From the NCBI GenBank assembly GCA_040905565.1, contig JBBDRF010000005.1:1-64000 (forward strand): a stretch of DNA of 64,000 bases, read 5' to 3'. Origin of the DNA: Phycisphaeraceae bacterium (GTDB lineage: Bacteria; Planctomycetota; Phycisphaerae; Phycisphaerales; Zrk34). How positions within the stretch are numbered: the first letter of the stretch is position 1; each line of letters opens with the position of its first letter. Made by a program: the position numbers and the translations under genes. Below are positions 35,139 to 43,972 of this stretch, piece by piece. The notes beneath the pieces were generated by a model. That model saw only the letters and a program-made list of their open reading frames with translations. It ran no database searches and was not told the origin of the DNA.

Positions 35139-35972
35139 ATGAGATCATGCAGATACCAGTCCCTGACCCTCCTGGTCGCAGCCACGGTAACCGCCGTGGT
35201 TGCGACCTTTTCTGCGCCCGCCTTCGCCCAATCACCACAGGATGTGGGTGTGGCGGAGACAGGGGGGGCGCTGGAGGGGCAGGTTAAGCAGCTACATCAG
35301 TTGATGCGTGAGCGCCAAGCCGCTGAGCAGGCGCACCAGCGAGAAACCGAGCAGGTGCAGCAGCAGGTGGATCGGCTTCGCGCGGACGTTGCGGAGAGTC
35401 GAGAGGCTCACCGCAATCAGCGGCAATCGGTTGAAACGCTTGCCGCTGAGCAGGCGGAGCTTCAAGCGGAACGGCAAAGGCTTGAGGGCGAGCTGGCGAA
35501 CATTGGCGCTGCTGCGGCACCGATCGCTCAGCAGATGCGCGACCGCGTGGCACGGGGCATTCCGTTTCGCAGGACGGAGCGGACGCAGACGCTTGAGCAT
35601 CTGGTGGCCACGCTGAACGGGGACGATCCCCTGCAGCAGGCGGAGGGGCTGACGGGCTTGTGGACACTGCTCGGCGAAGAGCTGCGGCTATCCACCTCAA
35701 TCGACTTCTGGAACGACACGGTCGACCTCCCCGACGGTCGGCGCAAGCACGCTTACATCGCACGGCTGGGGCTCGTCCAACAGACCTTCGTGAGTGAAGA
35801 CGGACAGAGCGTGGGGCTGGCCGGCTTGCAGGACGAGCTGCCGTGGCACACGACGCTGAGCGAACGCGAAGGCAGGCAGGTTCGTGATGCTGCGAGCATT
35901 TTCCAGCAGCAACAGCCGCCGCAGTTCACGCCGGTGCCGTTGGCGTTGCCGACTGATGGGGGTGAAGAATGA
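35139..35972 (+). CDS. DUF3450-family (TtpB-like) periplasmic coiled-coil protein
   Basis: Signal peptide, long coiled coil, GIPFRRTER and ARLGLV motifs; first gene of the exbB/exbD/tonB block. Confidence 0.75.
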   Translation: MRSCRYQSLTLLVAATVTAVVATFSAPAFAQSPQDVGVAETGGALEGQVKQLHQLMRERQAAEQAHQRETEQVQQQVDRLRADVAESREAHRNQRQSVETLAAEQAELQAERQRLEGELANIGAAAAPIAQQMRDRVARGIPFRRTERTQTLEHLVATLNGDDPLQQAEGLTGLWTLLGEELRLSTSIDFWNDTVDLPDGRRKHAYIARLGLVQQTFVSEDGQSVGLAGLQDELPWHTTLSEREGRQVRDAASIFQQQQPPQFTPVPLALPTDGGEE

Positions 35973-37450
35973 CTATTTTCCATTGCGGTTTCCGCATTGT
36001 TTTGGTTCTGCTGTTCGTTGCATTCGGGCTCGCAGGCGGCGAGGCGTTCGGGCAGGCGGCGGACGTTCAGGCGCAGATTGCAGCGGAGCGGGCGGCCATC
36101 GAGCGATCGGCTGCGAGGCACGAGGAGGCCCTCGACCAGGCGCGTGCCGAGCGTCGCGAATTAGCCAGCGAGCTGCTTGAACTGGAGACGCAGCGCGAGC
36201 GTGATGCCCGCCGAGCTGACGAGCTGCGTGAACAGGTTGAGCGTAAGCGGGAAGCGGTTGCGGCACTGCGGGCGGCCGAGTCCGAAGTGACCGCGGGTGC
36301 CGTCGCGCTGGCTGAGCAAGCTGCGATCGCCGTCGACGAACAGCCGGGCACGCAGGCGCTGCGGCAACGACTGGAGGGCTTGCTCGAGGGACTGACGGGG
36401 GATGACACTTCGCCTGCCGTGCTGATCAAGTTCGCAGAGGTGATGGGCGACGTTCACGCACAAGGGCAGCAGGTCTCGCTTCAGGAAGCGGACATCTTCA
36501 ACGCCGACGGTCAGCGTGAAACGGTGCAGTTGCTGACAGCGGGACACGTAGCCTTCGCCTACCGGTCGGTCGACGGCAGCCGTTTCGCCATCGCAATGCA
36601 AAGCCCGGCCGACGCAGCCGGCTACCGTTGGAGTGAGCGGCTGCCCGAGGCGGTCGTCGCGCAGTTGCAAGAGGCGTTCGCGCAGGCAGAGCGCAGCGAG
36701 CCGGTCGTGCTGCCGATGGATGTCACCCAGGAACTTCGTGTCGAAGCGGTGGCGGAAGAGGAAGGCCTGGCGGCGATCGTGCAATCCGGCGGCTGGGTCA
36801 TGCTTCCACTGGCGCTGGTCGCCCTGGCCGCCCTGCTGCTGACTGCTGAACGTGCGTGGATTCTTTACGGTCGTAATCGTTCGGACCGTCGACTGGTTGC
36901 GGAGGCGCTGACGGCGGCGCGCGACCATCGCATCGACGAAGCGGAACAGCGGGTGCAGCGCGGCAACAGCGTCGTTGCGCGGACGCTTGCAGCGTGTCTC
37001 CGTCGGCGCACCGTGAACATGCACGCCATGGAAGATTCGATCCAGGAACAGCTGCTTCACGAACTGCCGCGACTGCAGCGCTTCCTCGGAGGCATCGCGA
37101 TTCTCGCTGCCATCGCCCCACTGCTCGGCCTGCTTGGCACGGTGACGGGGATCATCCAGACGTTCGGCGTGATCCGTGCGTTCGGCAACGCGAACCCGTC
37201 GCTCATGGCGGGCGGCATTTCCGAAGCGCTGCTGACAACGGCGACGGGCCTCAGCATCGCCATCCCGATCCTGCTTCTGCACGCCGTGTTGCGGGGCCGG
37301 GTCGACAGCATTGTGGCCGATGCCGAGAAGCACGCCGCGACGCTGCTGAACATCCTCTCACATGATGGCGAACGTGCGGACGCTGAGCCGAGGGCACCAG
37401 TCAAACAGTCCGCACGTGAGTCGGCCCTGCCGCAGGAGAGCGTCACGTGA
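35969..37450 (+). CDS. TtpC-like extended MotA/TolQ/ExbB proton-channel protein
   Basis: Signal peptide and coiled-coil N-domain, LPMDVT, GGWVM.PL, APLLGLLGTVTGII..F, GGISEAL.TTA.GL. Confidence 0.88.
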   Translation: MTIFHCGFRIVLVLLFVAFGLAGGEAFGQAADVQAQIAAERAAIERSAARHEEALDQARAERRELASELLELETQRERDARRADELREQVERKREAVAALRAAESEVTAGAVALAEQAAIAVDEQPGTQALRQRLEGLLEGLTGDDTSPAVLIKFAEVMGDVHAQGQQVSLQEADIFNADGQRETVQLLTAGHVAFAYRSVDGSRFAIAMQSPADAAGYRWSERLPEAVVAQLQEAFAQAERSEPVVLPMDVTQELRVEAVAEEEGLAAIVQSGGWVMLPLALVALAALLLTAERAWILYGRNRSDRRLVAEALTAARDHRIDEAEQRVQRGNSVVARTLAACLRRRTVNMHAMEDSIQEQLLHELPRLQRFLGGIAILAAIAPLLGLLGTVTGIIQTFGVIRAFGNANPSLMAGGISEALLTTATGLSIAIPILLLHAVLRGRVDSIVADAEKHAATLLNILSHDGERADAEPRAPVKQSARESALPQESVT

Positions 37451-38055
37451 TGCAGCTATACGAGCAGGGCGGATGGATTCTCGTCGCGATCGTTAGCCTT
37501 TCGGTGCTGGCGTGGTCGCTGATCGCATGGAAGTGGTTTCAACTTCGTGCGGAAACGGCGTGGGGCATCCGCTGGGCGGACGACGCGGTGGCGTGCCTGC
37601 ATCGGGATTCTGAAGCGGGGCGACGGCAGGCGGTGACGCTTTGCGAGCAGCGGCCGAATCTCGTCGGACGGCTTCTGCTGGCAGCCTTGCAGACGCACGA
37701 ACCACAGCGACGATTCTTCGAGAAGCATCTTCAGCCGTTGTTCGAAGCGGAGGCGACGGAACTGCGTCGGCATCTGAATATCATCACCGCCATTGCCGCC
37801 CTGTGTCCGCTGCTGGGTCTGCTCGGCACGATCGTCGGCATGGTGCGGACGTTTGAATCGCTCGTCGCGAGCGGCGTGCAGACCGAACACTTTGCGTCGG
37901 GTATCTCGCAGGCGCTGCTGACGACGCAGGCGGGGCTGGTGGTCGCCCTGCCGATCGTGCTGATGCATGGCTACCTCGCCAGCCGGGTTGATCGCTACGT
38001 TGATCGCACGGCACTAAGGGTGAAGAAGGTCGAAACGATTCTCTGCCACGATTAA
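37447..38055 (+). CDS. exbB: MotA/TolQ/ExbB proton channel protein
   Basis: CPLLGLLGTIVGM, GISQALLTTQAGL motifs. Confidence 0.9.
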   Translation: MMQLYEQGGWILVAIVSLSVLAWSLIAWKWFQLRAETAWGIRWADDAVACLHRDSEAGRRQAVTLCEQRPNLVGRLLLAALQTHEPQRRFFEKHLQPLFEAEATELRRHLNIITAIAALCPLLGLLGTIVGMVRTFESLVASGVQTEHFASGISQALLTTQAGLVVALPIVLMHGYLASRVDRYVDRTALRVKKVETILCHD

Positions 38056-38064
38056 AGGCTTTTC

Positions 38065-38481
38065 ATGTTCGAGTCCGTTCAACATCGCCGCAACGCCCGC
38101 CCCACTGCTATGGCGGTGGATATCGCGCCGCTCATCGACGTGGTGTTCATTCTCCTGATCTTCTTCCTGGTGACGGCGACGTTCGTTCGGGAGACCGGCA
38201 TGGATGTTCAAAGGCCCGAAGCGGCACAGACGCGGGCGCTGGAATCGGAATCGATGCGGATCAGCGTGACACCCAGCGGGGCCATCTTTACCGAGGGGCA
38301 GCAGATCGATTTGAGCGCGTTGCGCCAGCGGGTGCGGCAGTTCATTGCGGCGGAGGCCACGGGCTCAGTCATCATCATTCCCGACGAGCAGCTGGCTGCC
38401 GGGCGGCTGGTGGCCGTGATGGATGCAGCCCGCGCAGGCGGGGCGACGGACATCGCGTTGGCGACACGTCAACGACAGTGA
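38065..38481 (+). CDS. exbD: Biopolymer transport protein ExbD
   Basis: DIAPLIDVVFILLIFFLV motif with the conserved TM Asp. Confidence 0.92.
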   Translation: MFESVQHRRNARPTAMAVDIAPLIDVVFILLIFFLVTATFVRETGMDVQRPEAAQTRALESESMRISVTPSGAIFTEGQQIDLSALRQRVRQFIAAEATGSVIIIPDEQLAAGRLVAVMDAARAGGATDIALATRQRQ

Positions 38482-38509
38482 ACTGTTTGTTCTATCGGAG
38501 GGTTCGAGC

Positions 38510-39217
38510 GTGATCAGCCGCGAAGCCGTGACAGCCAGACGCCGGGTGATGCAGGTGGTTGCATCCGTGGCAGCGGCGGTGCTGGTGAACGCGGCGATCC
38601 TGTGGTCGTTGGCGCATTTGAACTGGCCGCCGCATATTGAGCGGGATCGGTCGGCGAACGTGCGCGTGGCGATGCTTCCGGAGCGTGAGATTCAGCCGCG
38701 GTTGCAGCCGCAGTCCGAGGCGCAGCCGGAGGCCGAGCCTGAGCGGATGGAGCATGAGTTTGAGGCTCCCACGCCCGAGCCGATGACGACGAGGGAGCTA
38801 TCGGTTTCGGTGGAGACGCCGCGTGTGCCGATGTCGCCGGTGCGGGTGGCGGTTGCGACGCAAGCGGCACCGACGACTTCGGAATCGCAGCAGTCCGAAG
38901 CGCAGCCGGTCGCACCGGCGGGACCGATGGCGGAGGACGAGGTGGATCAGCCGCCGCGTCCGTTGGCGATGCCGCGACCGGGCTATCCGCGGGCGGCGGA
39001 GCGTCGTCGGGTCAGCGGTTCCGTAACGCTTCGCATCCTGATCAACGACAACGGTCGGGTCGAGCAGAGCGAGATCGTGGACGTCACCGGCCATGCCGCG
39101 TTCGAGCAAGCGGTGCTTGATGTGGTGAACCGTTGGCGTTTTCGGCCCGCACAGCACGACGGCCGCACCGTCCGCACCTGGGGCGAACTGACCATCAACT
39201 TCCAACCTGAGCGATAA
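38510..39217 (+). CDS. tonB: Energy transducer TonB
   Basis: N-terminal TM, Pro/Glu-rich linker, PGYPRAA...SGSV, AFEQA....RWRFRPA; GGAGG precedes GTG 38510. Confidence 0.9.
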   Translation: MISREAVTARRRVMQVVASVAAAVLVNAAILWSLAHLNWPPHIERDRSANVRVAMLPEREIQPRLQPQSEAQPEAEPERMEHEFEAPTPEPMTTRELSVSVETPRVPMSPVRVAVATQAAPTTSESQQSEAQPVAPAGPMAEDEVDQPPRPLAMPRPGYPRAAERRRVSGSVTLRILINDNGRVEQSEIVDVTGHAAFEQAVLDVVNRWRFRPAQHDGRTVRTWGELTINFQPER

Positions 39218-39218
39218 C

Positions 39219-40391
39219 ATGATCCACCGCATGTGTGCGTTTTACACTTATATAGTCGCTCCTCTCGGTCTCGCCATGCTTTTTCTGGCAACCTCTCCCC
39301 TGTCAGCGGCGGTCACCGAGGAGCAGGCCCGGCAGCTTCGGGCCGCCCAGCAGCGCTACCAGGCGAACGAGGACGCGGCAGCGGCTGAGAGTCTCGAAAC
39401 CATGCTCGAAGCAGACCCAACGTTCGCGGAGGCGCACCGGCTGCTCGGCTTCGTTCGTTACCGCATGGGTGAAAACGACGCTGCCCGGCAAGCTTTCGTC
39501 GCTGCCATGGCGCACGGACGTCTCACCGTGGACCAGTTGGGTCGCCTCGTCGAGATCGATCGCGAAGCGGGCCGGACGGTGGCGATGCTGAACACGCTGC
39601 GGATGTTGATCGTGCTCGATCCGGAGGAGCCGTCATGGCGGCGACTCTACGCGTACACACTCACATCGATCGGGGCGACCGACGAAGCCGAGGCTGTGCT
39701 ACGCGAGCTGGCGACGGAGGACACGACCGATGCCGATGCCCGGCTGCGGCTGGCGAACCTGTATATGGAGCAGGGCCGATCGCGGGAGGCGGCGGCGGCG
39801 CTGGAAACGGCTTATCACCTCGGCGAGCGAAGCGCCGAAGTCGCACAGAATCTGGCGGCACTCTGGGCTGAGCAGCAGAACTATCCCGCGGCCCTCACCT
39901 GGCACGATCGCGTGATCGCTGCGACGGCTGAACCATCCCCCACGATGTTGCTGCGCCGTGCCGAATTGCTGCTGGCGGTGCCCGAGGATCAGGCGGCGGC
40001 TGAGATCGCGGAGCAGGTCATTGGCGATGAAGACGAGGCGATACGCCGAGGGGCTCACGTGCTTCTGGCCCGAATCGCGATGCGTCAGGATGATGATGAG
40101 ACGGCTGCGGCGCACTATGCGCAGGCAGTCGAGGCGGGGCTGAATGACGCGCAGGTGTTGACGTTCCTTGGCGCTCACCACTTCAACGCAGGGCGATACG
40201 AGCAGGCGGCTGGATACCTGGCACAGCGGGCGGAGGCGGAGCCGCTGGATCGGCAGGCGAGCCGTTTTCTCGTCCTCAGCTACCTCGCGAATGATCAGCG
40301 TGAGCAGGCGGGCGAGGTGCTGCGGGATCATCTCGAGCAGTACGGCATGGACGACTCTTCACGGCGGCTGCTGCGTGAATGGTCGCGGTAG
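39219..40391 (+). CDS. Exported TPR-repeat protein (TtpD-like)
   Basis: Signal peptide followed by multiple TPR-like helical repeats; last gene of the TonB cassette. Confidence 0.8.
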   Translation: MIHRMCAFYTYIVAPLGLAMLFLATSPLSAAVTEEQARQLRAAQQRYQANEDAAAAESLETMLEADPTFAEAHRLLGFVRYRMGENDAARQAFVAAMAHGRLTVDQLGRLVEIDREAGRTVAMLNTLRMLIVLDPEEPSWRRLYAYTLTSIGATDEAEAVLRELATEDTTDADARLRLANLYMEQGRSREAAAALETAYHLGERSAEVAQNLAALWAEQQNYPAALTWHDRVIAATAEPSPTMLLRRAELLLAVPEDQAAAEIAEQVIGDEDEAIRRGAHVLLARIAMRQDDDETAAAHYAQAVEAGLNDAQVLTFLGAHHFNAGRYEQAAGYLAQRAEAEPLDRQASRFLVLSYLANDQREQAGEVLRDHLEQYGMDDSSRRLLREWSR

Positions 40392-40538
40392 CGGTCCAGC
40401 AATTTCCGGATTTCGCCCAAGTGCTTTTTCGGGTTTTCCCCGGTACGCCGGTTCTTTGCAGAATGGCTACTCTTCCGGGTGGCGTTGCGCCAACTTCCAG
40501 GAGCGGAAGGTGGTGCTGCGCGTTTAGGAAGGGACGCC

Positions 40539-41840
40539 ATGGCCAAAAACATTTTTGTCCTGGGACTCGAGGATTACGCCCGGCGCAAACTTGAACACAT
40601 CAAAGATGCTGACCAATACGCGTTTCATCCGTTGCTCGATTATGAGGCAATCGTCAAACCGGCCAGCTACGACTTTGACGCATTGTTGACGGAAGCTGAC
40701 GAGACGTTGCGGGACTTTCCGGGTAGCGTCGACGGGATCATCACGCATTGGGATTTTCCGGCGACTGAGTTGCTGCCCATCCTGTGTCAACGTCATAACC
40801 TCCCGGGGCCTACGCTTGAGAGCGTGCTGAAGTGCGGGCATAAATACTGGAGCCGTCTGGAACAGTCGCATTGTGTTCCGGAACACACGCCCCACTTCCA
40901 GGCGGTTAACCCGTTCAGCGAGGACGCGTTCGGCATAAAGCTTGACTACCCGTTCTGGATCAAGCCAGTGAAGGCGTTCGCGTCGTCGCTCGGCTTCAAG
41001 ATCAATTCGTCGCATGCATTCAATGAAGCAATTCATATCATCCGAGCGAACATTCGTCGTATCGGCGAGCCGTTCAACCAAGCGCTGAGATACGCGGAAA
41101 TTCCCGGGGAAGTCGACTGTGTCGATGGGACGTGTTGCATCGTCGAGAACATCATCGGCGGACGGCAGGGCGCGCTGGAGGGGTACGTCGTCAACGGCGA
41201 GGTACACATTCACTCGGCTCTGGATATGTTGCGTGAGCCGGGCCGCTCGAGCTTCTATTGTTTTTTCTATCCGTCGCAATTGCCGACGTTCGTGCTGGAT
41301 CAGGTGGAAGATGCCACCCGGCGATTCGTCAAACATGTGGGCTTGGACAACACGGTGTTCAACATCGAATTCTTCTGGGATGAGAAGGCTGGGCGAATCT
41401 GGCTCATCGAGATTAATCCGCGGATGTCGCAATCACACACGCACTTTTTTACGCAGGTGGATGGCGCTTCGAACCACCAGATCGCGGTGGCGCTGGCGCA
41501 GGGGCAGGATCCGCAGTTCCCGCATCGGCAGGGCCGATACAACTTCGCGGGCAAGTTCATGTGGCGTAAGTACGTTGAGGATGCCTACGTGACGGAGGTG
41601 CCCAGCCGCGAGGAGATCGAGGCCCTTGAACGCGCCATGCCCGGCACGGAAATCTACATTCAGGTGGACAAGCATGCCCGGCTGTCGGAGCTTCGCGATC
41701 AGGATCCGTACAGCTACGAACTGGCGATCATTCTGACAGCTGCGGACACGCCCGAGGCCCTTCACGAGAATTTCGAGCGCTGCAAAGAAGGGCTCACGTT
41801 TCGATTCGAACCGACCCAAGCGCTGCGGGAGATCGCATGA
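40539..41840 (+). CDS. ATP-grasp domain protein (amino-acid/peptide ligase-like)
   Basis: HKYWSR, YPFWIKPV, IVENII.G, FNIEFF, LIEINPR ATP-grasp motifs; AGGAAGG precedes ATG 40539. Confidence 0.85.
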   Translation: MAKNIFVLGLEDYARRKLEHIKDADQYAFHPLLDYEAIVKPASYDFDALLTEADETLRDFPGSVDGIITHWDFPATELLPILCQRHNLPGPTLESVLKCGHKYWSRLEQSHCVPEHTPHFQAVNPFSEDAFGIKLDYPFWIKPVKAFASSLGFKINSSHAFNEAIHIIRANIRRIGEPFNQALRYAEIPGEVDCVDGTCCIVENIIGGRQGALEGYVVNGEVHIHSALDMLREPGRSSFYCFFYPSQLPTFVLDQVEDATRRFVKHVGLDNTVFNIEFFWDEKAGRIWLIEINPRMSQSHTHFFTQVDGASNHQIAVALAQGQDPQFPHRQGRYNFAGKFMWRKYVEDAYVTEVPSREEIEALERAMPGTEIYIQVDKHARLSELRDQDPYSYELAIILTAADTPEALHENFERCKEGLTFRFEPTQALREIA

Positions 41841-43882
41841 GACAGGTCGAAGAGGATACGCTGAACGTTGTGACCGAGTTTCCGCACGCCGTTCAGGAAC
41901 TGGAGCATATCTGGATTCCCATGCCCGATGGCGTTCGCCTGGCAGCCCGCATCTGGATTCCCGAAGGGGCTGAGAATGAACCCGTTCCCGCAATCCTGGA
42001 GTACATCCCCTACCGCAAGCGTGATCTCACCCGGCACCGTGATGCGGTGGTACATCCGTACTTCGCAGGACACGGCTATGCGTGCATCCGAGTCGACCTA
42101 CGCGGCAGTGGCGATTCCGAGGGCATCCTGCGCGATCAATATCTCGAGCAGGAACAACTGGACGGCGTGAATGTGATTAACTGGATCGCGGGCCAGCGCT
42201 GGTGCAACGGCAACGTGGGGATGATGGGCCTTTCGTGGGGCGGCTTTAACGCACTGCAGATCGCGGCGCGTCGGCCGGAGCCGCTTAAGGCGATCATCAC
42301 CGCTTCCTCCACTGACGATACCTACGTGGACAACATGCACTACATGGGCGGGTGCCTGCTCAGCGATAACCTTTCGGAGGCGACCACGATGTTCGCCTTC
42401 AACTCGCTTCCGCCGGACCCTGAACTCGTGGGCGATCGCTGGCGTGAGATGTGGTTCGAGAGGCTCAAAGAGAGCGGGTTGTGGCTCGATACCTGGCTGC
42501 GTCATCAGCACCGCGACCCGTACTGGAAGCCGGGCTCGGTTTGTGAAGATTATGGAGCGATCCAGTGCCCGGTGTTCACGATAAGCGGCTGGGCGGATGG
42601 GTATTCCAACGCGGTGTTTCGGTTGCTTGCGAAGCTTGAGGTGCCGCGGAAGGGTTTGATCGGGCCGTGGAGCCATCGGTATCCGCATGTTGGCATTCCT
42701 GGGCCGGCTATCGGTTTTCTGCAGGAGGCGCTGCGATGGTGGGATCACTGGTTGAAGGGCGAGAACACCGGCATGATGGACGAGCCGATGCTGCGTGTGT
42801 GGATGCAGGATTCGATCCCGCCGACTACGCGGTACCTGCTTCGGCCAGGCCGCTGGGTGGGCGAGGATCAATGGCCCTCGCCACATGTTGAAGAGCATGT
42901 TTATCCACTGGCGCCGGGCTATTTGGCCAAGCCGGGCGAGACGCCGCCGGTGGAGCCGCAGACGGTGGAGTCGCCGTTGACGGTCGGGCTTTTTGCGGGC
43001 AAGTGGTGCAGTTACTCGGCGACGCCCGACCTGCCGCACGATCAGCGTGAAGAGGACGGCGGTTCGCTGGTATTTCAAAGTAAACCGCTCGCCGAGCCGG
43101 TGGAGATACTTGGCGGGCCGGTTCTTGAACTGGAGCTCGCGGCGAGCAAGCCGGTGGCCATGGTGGCGGCGCGCCTGTCGGATGTCGCACCCAACGGGAA
43201 AGCCACGCGCATCACGTACGGGCTGCTGAACCTGACGCACGCCAACGGCCACGGTCGGCCGGCTCCGATCGAGCCGGGCAAACACTTCAGAGCGCGGGTG
43301 CAACTCAACGGCGTGGCGCAACACTTCCCCGCTGGTCATCGCATTCGCGTTTCGCTGTCGACTTCGTACTGGCCCCTGGCGTGGGCGCCGCCGGAGCCTG
43401 TTCGGCTGACGATATCGACCGGGTCGAGCAGTCTGACCTTGCCGGTGCGGCCGCCGCGCGAAGCCGATGAACACCTGCCGCCGTTTAAGGAACCCGCCGG
43501 TGCCCAGCCGATTGCGCAGACGCAGCTCACGGAGACGCAGCACAACTGGCGGGTGATCCGTGACCTTGCATCGGACTGGTCCACGCTTGAAGTTGTGAAG
43601 GATAAGGGCACGTATCTGATCGACGAGATCGACCTCCAGGTGCGCAGCAACACGCTGGAGTGGTACAGCTCACGGGGGGACGATTTCAACTCGCTGCGGG
43701 GGGAGACGTCGACGGTGCGTGGGTTCAGCCGGGGCGACTGGTCGACGCGCACCATCACACGAACGGTGCTGACGTCGACGCCGCGTGCTTTTGTGCTGTA
43801 CGCAGAGCTTGATGCATACGAGGGCGACAAGCGGGTGTTCTCGAAGAACTGGGATCGCACGATTCCGCGTGACTTGGTTTGA
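41837..43882 (+). CDS. CocE/NonD family hydrolase (peptidase S15 / Xaa-Pro dipeptidyl-peptidase-like)
   Basis: PMPDGVRLAA, EYIPYRK, DLRGSGDSEG, nucleophile GLSWGG, GWADGY, GPWSH, C-terminal PepX-like domain; ATGA overlap with the upstream gene. Confidence 0.92.
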   Translation: MRQVEEDTLNVVTEFPHAVQELEHIWIPMPDGVRLAARIWIPEGAENEPVPAILEYIPYRKRDLTRHRDAVVHPYFAGHGYACIRVDLRGSGDSEGILRDQYLEQEQLDGVNVINWIAGQRWCNGNVGMMGLSWGGFNALQIAARRPEPLKAIITASSTDDTYVDNMHYMGGCLLSDNLSEATTMFAFNSLPPDPELVGDRWREMWFERLKESGLWLDTWLRHQHRDPYWKPGSVCEDYGAIQCPVFTISGWADGYSNAVFRLLAKLEVPRKGLIGPWSHRYPHVGIPGPAIGFLQEALRWWDHWLKGENTGMMDEPMLRVWMQDSIPPTTRYLLRPGRWVGEDQWPSPHVEEHVYPLAPGYLAKPGETPPVEPQTVESPLTVGLFAGKWCSYSATPDLPHDQREEDGGSLVFQSKPLAEPVEILGGPVLELELAASKPVAMVAARLSDVAPNGKATRITYGLLNLTHANGHGRPAPIEPGKHFRARVQLNGVAQHFPAGHRIRVSLSTSYWPLAWAPPEPVRLTISTGSSSLTLPVRPPREADEHLPPFKEPAGAQPIAQTQLTETQHNWRVIRDLASDWSTLEVVKDKGTYLIDEIDLQVRSNTLEWYSSRGDDFNSLRGETSTVRGFSRGDWSTRTITRTVLTSTPRAFVLYAELDAYEGDKRVFSKNWDRTIPRDLV

Positions 43883-43972
43883 AGCGCAGGTGATGCGCGC
43901 GAGTGTGGCGTGCCGCTATGATGTGGGTCATACTCCGTGTCCGGTCGCCTCGTTTTGAATCGGGTTTTCGCG

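Noticed and set aside
40441..40460. sigma54-like site upstream of the ATP-grasp gene
   Set aside because: GG-N10 is followed by CT rather than GC; too weak to call.
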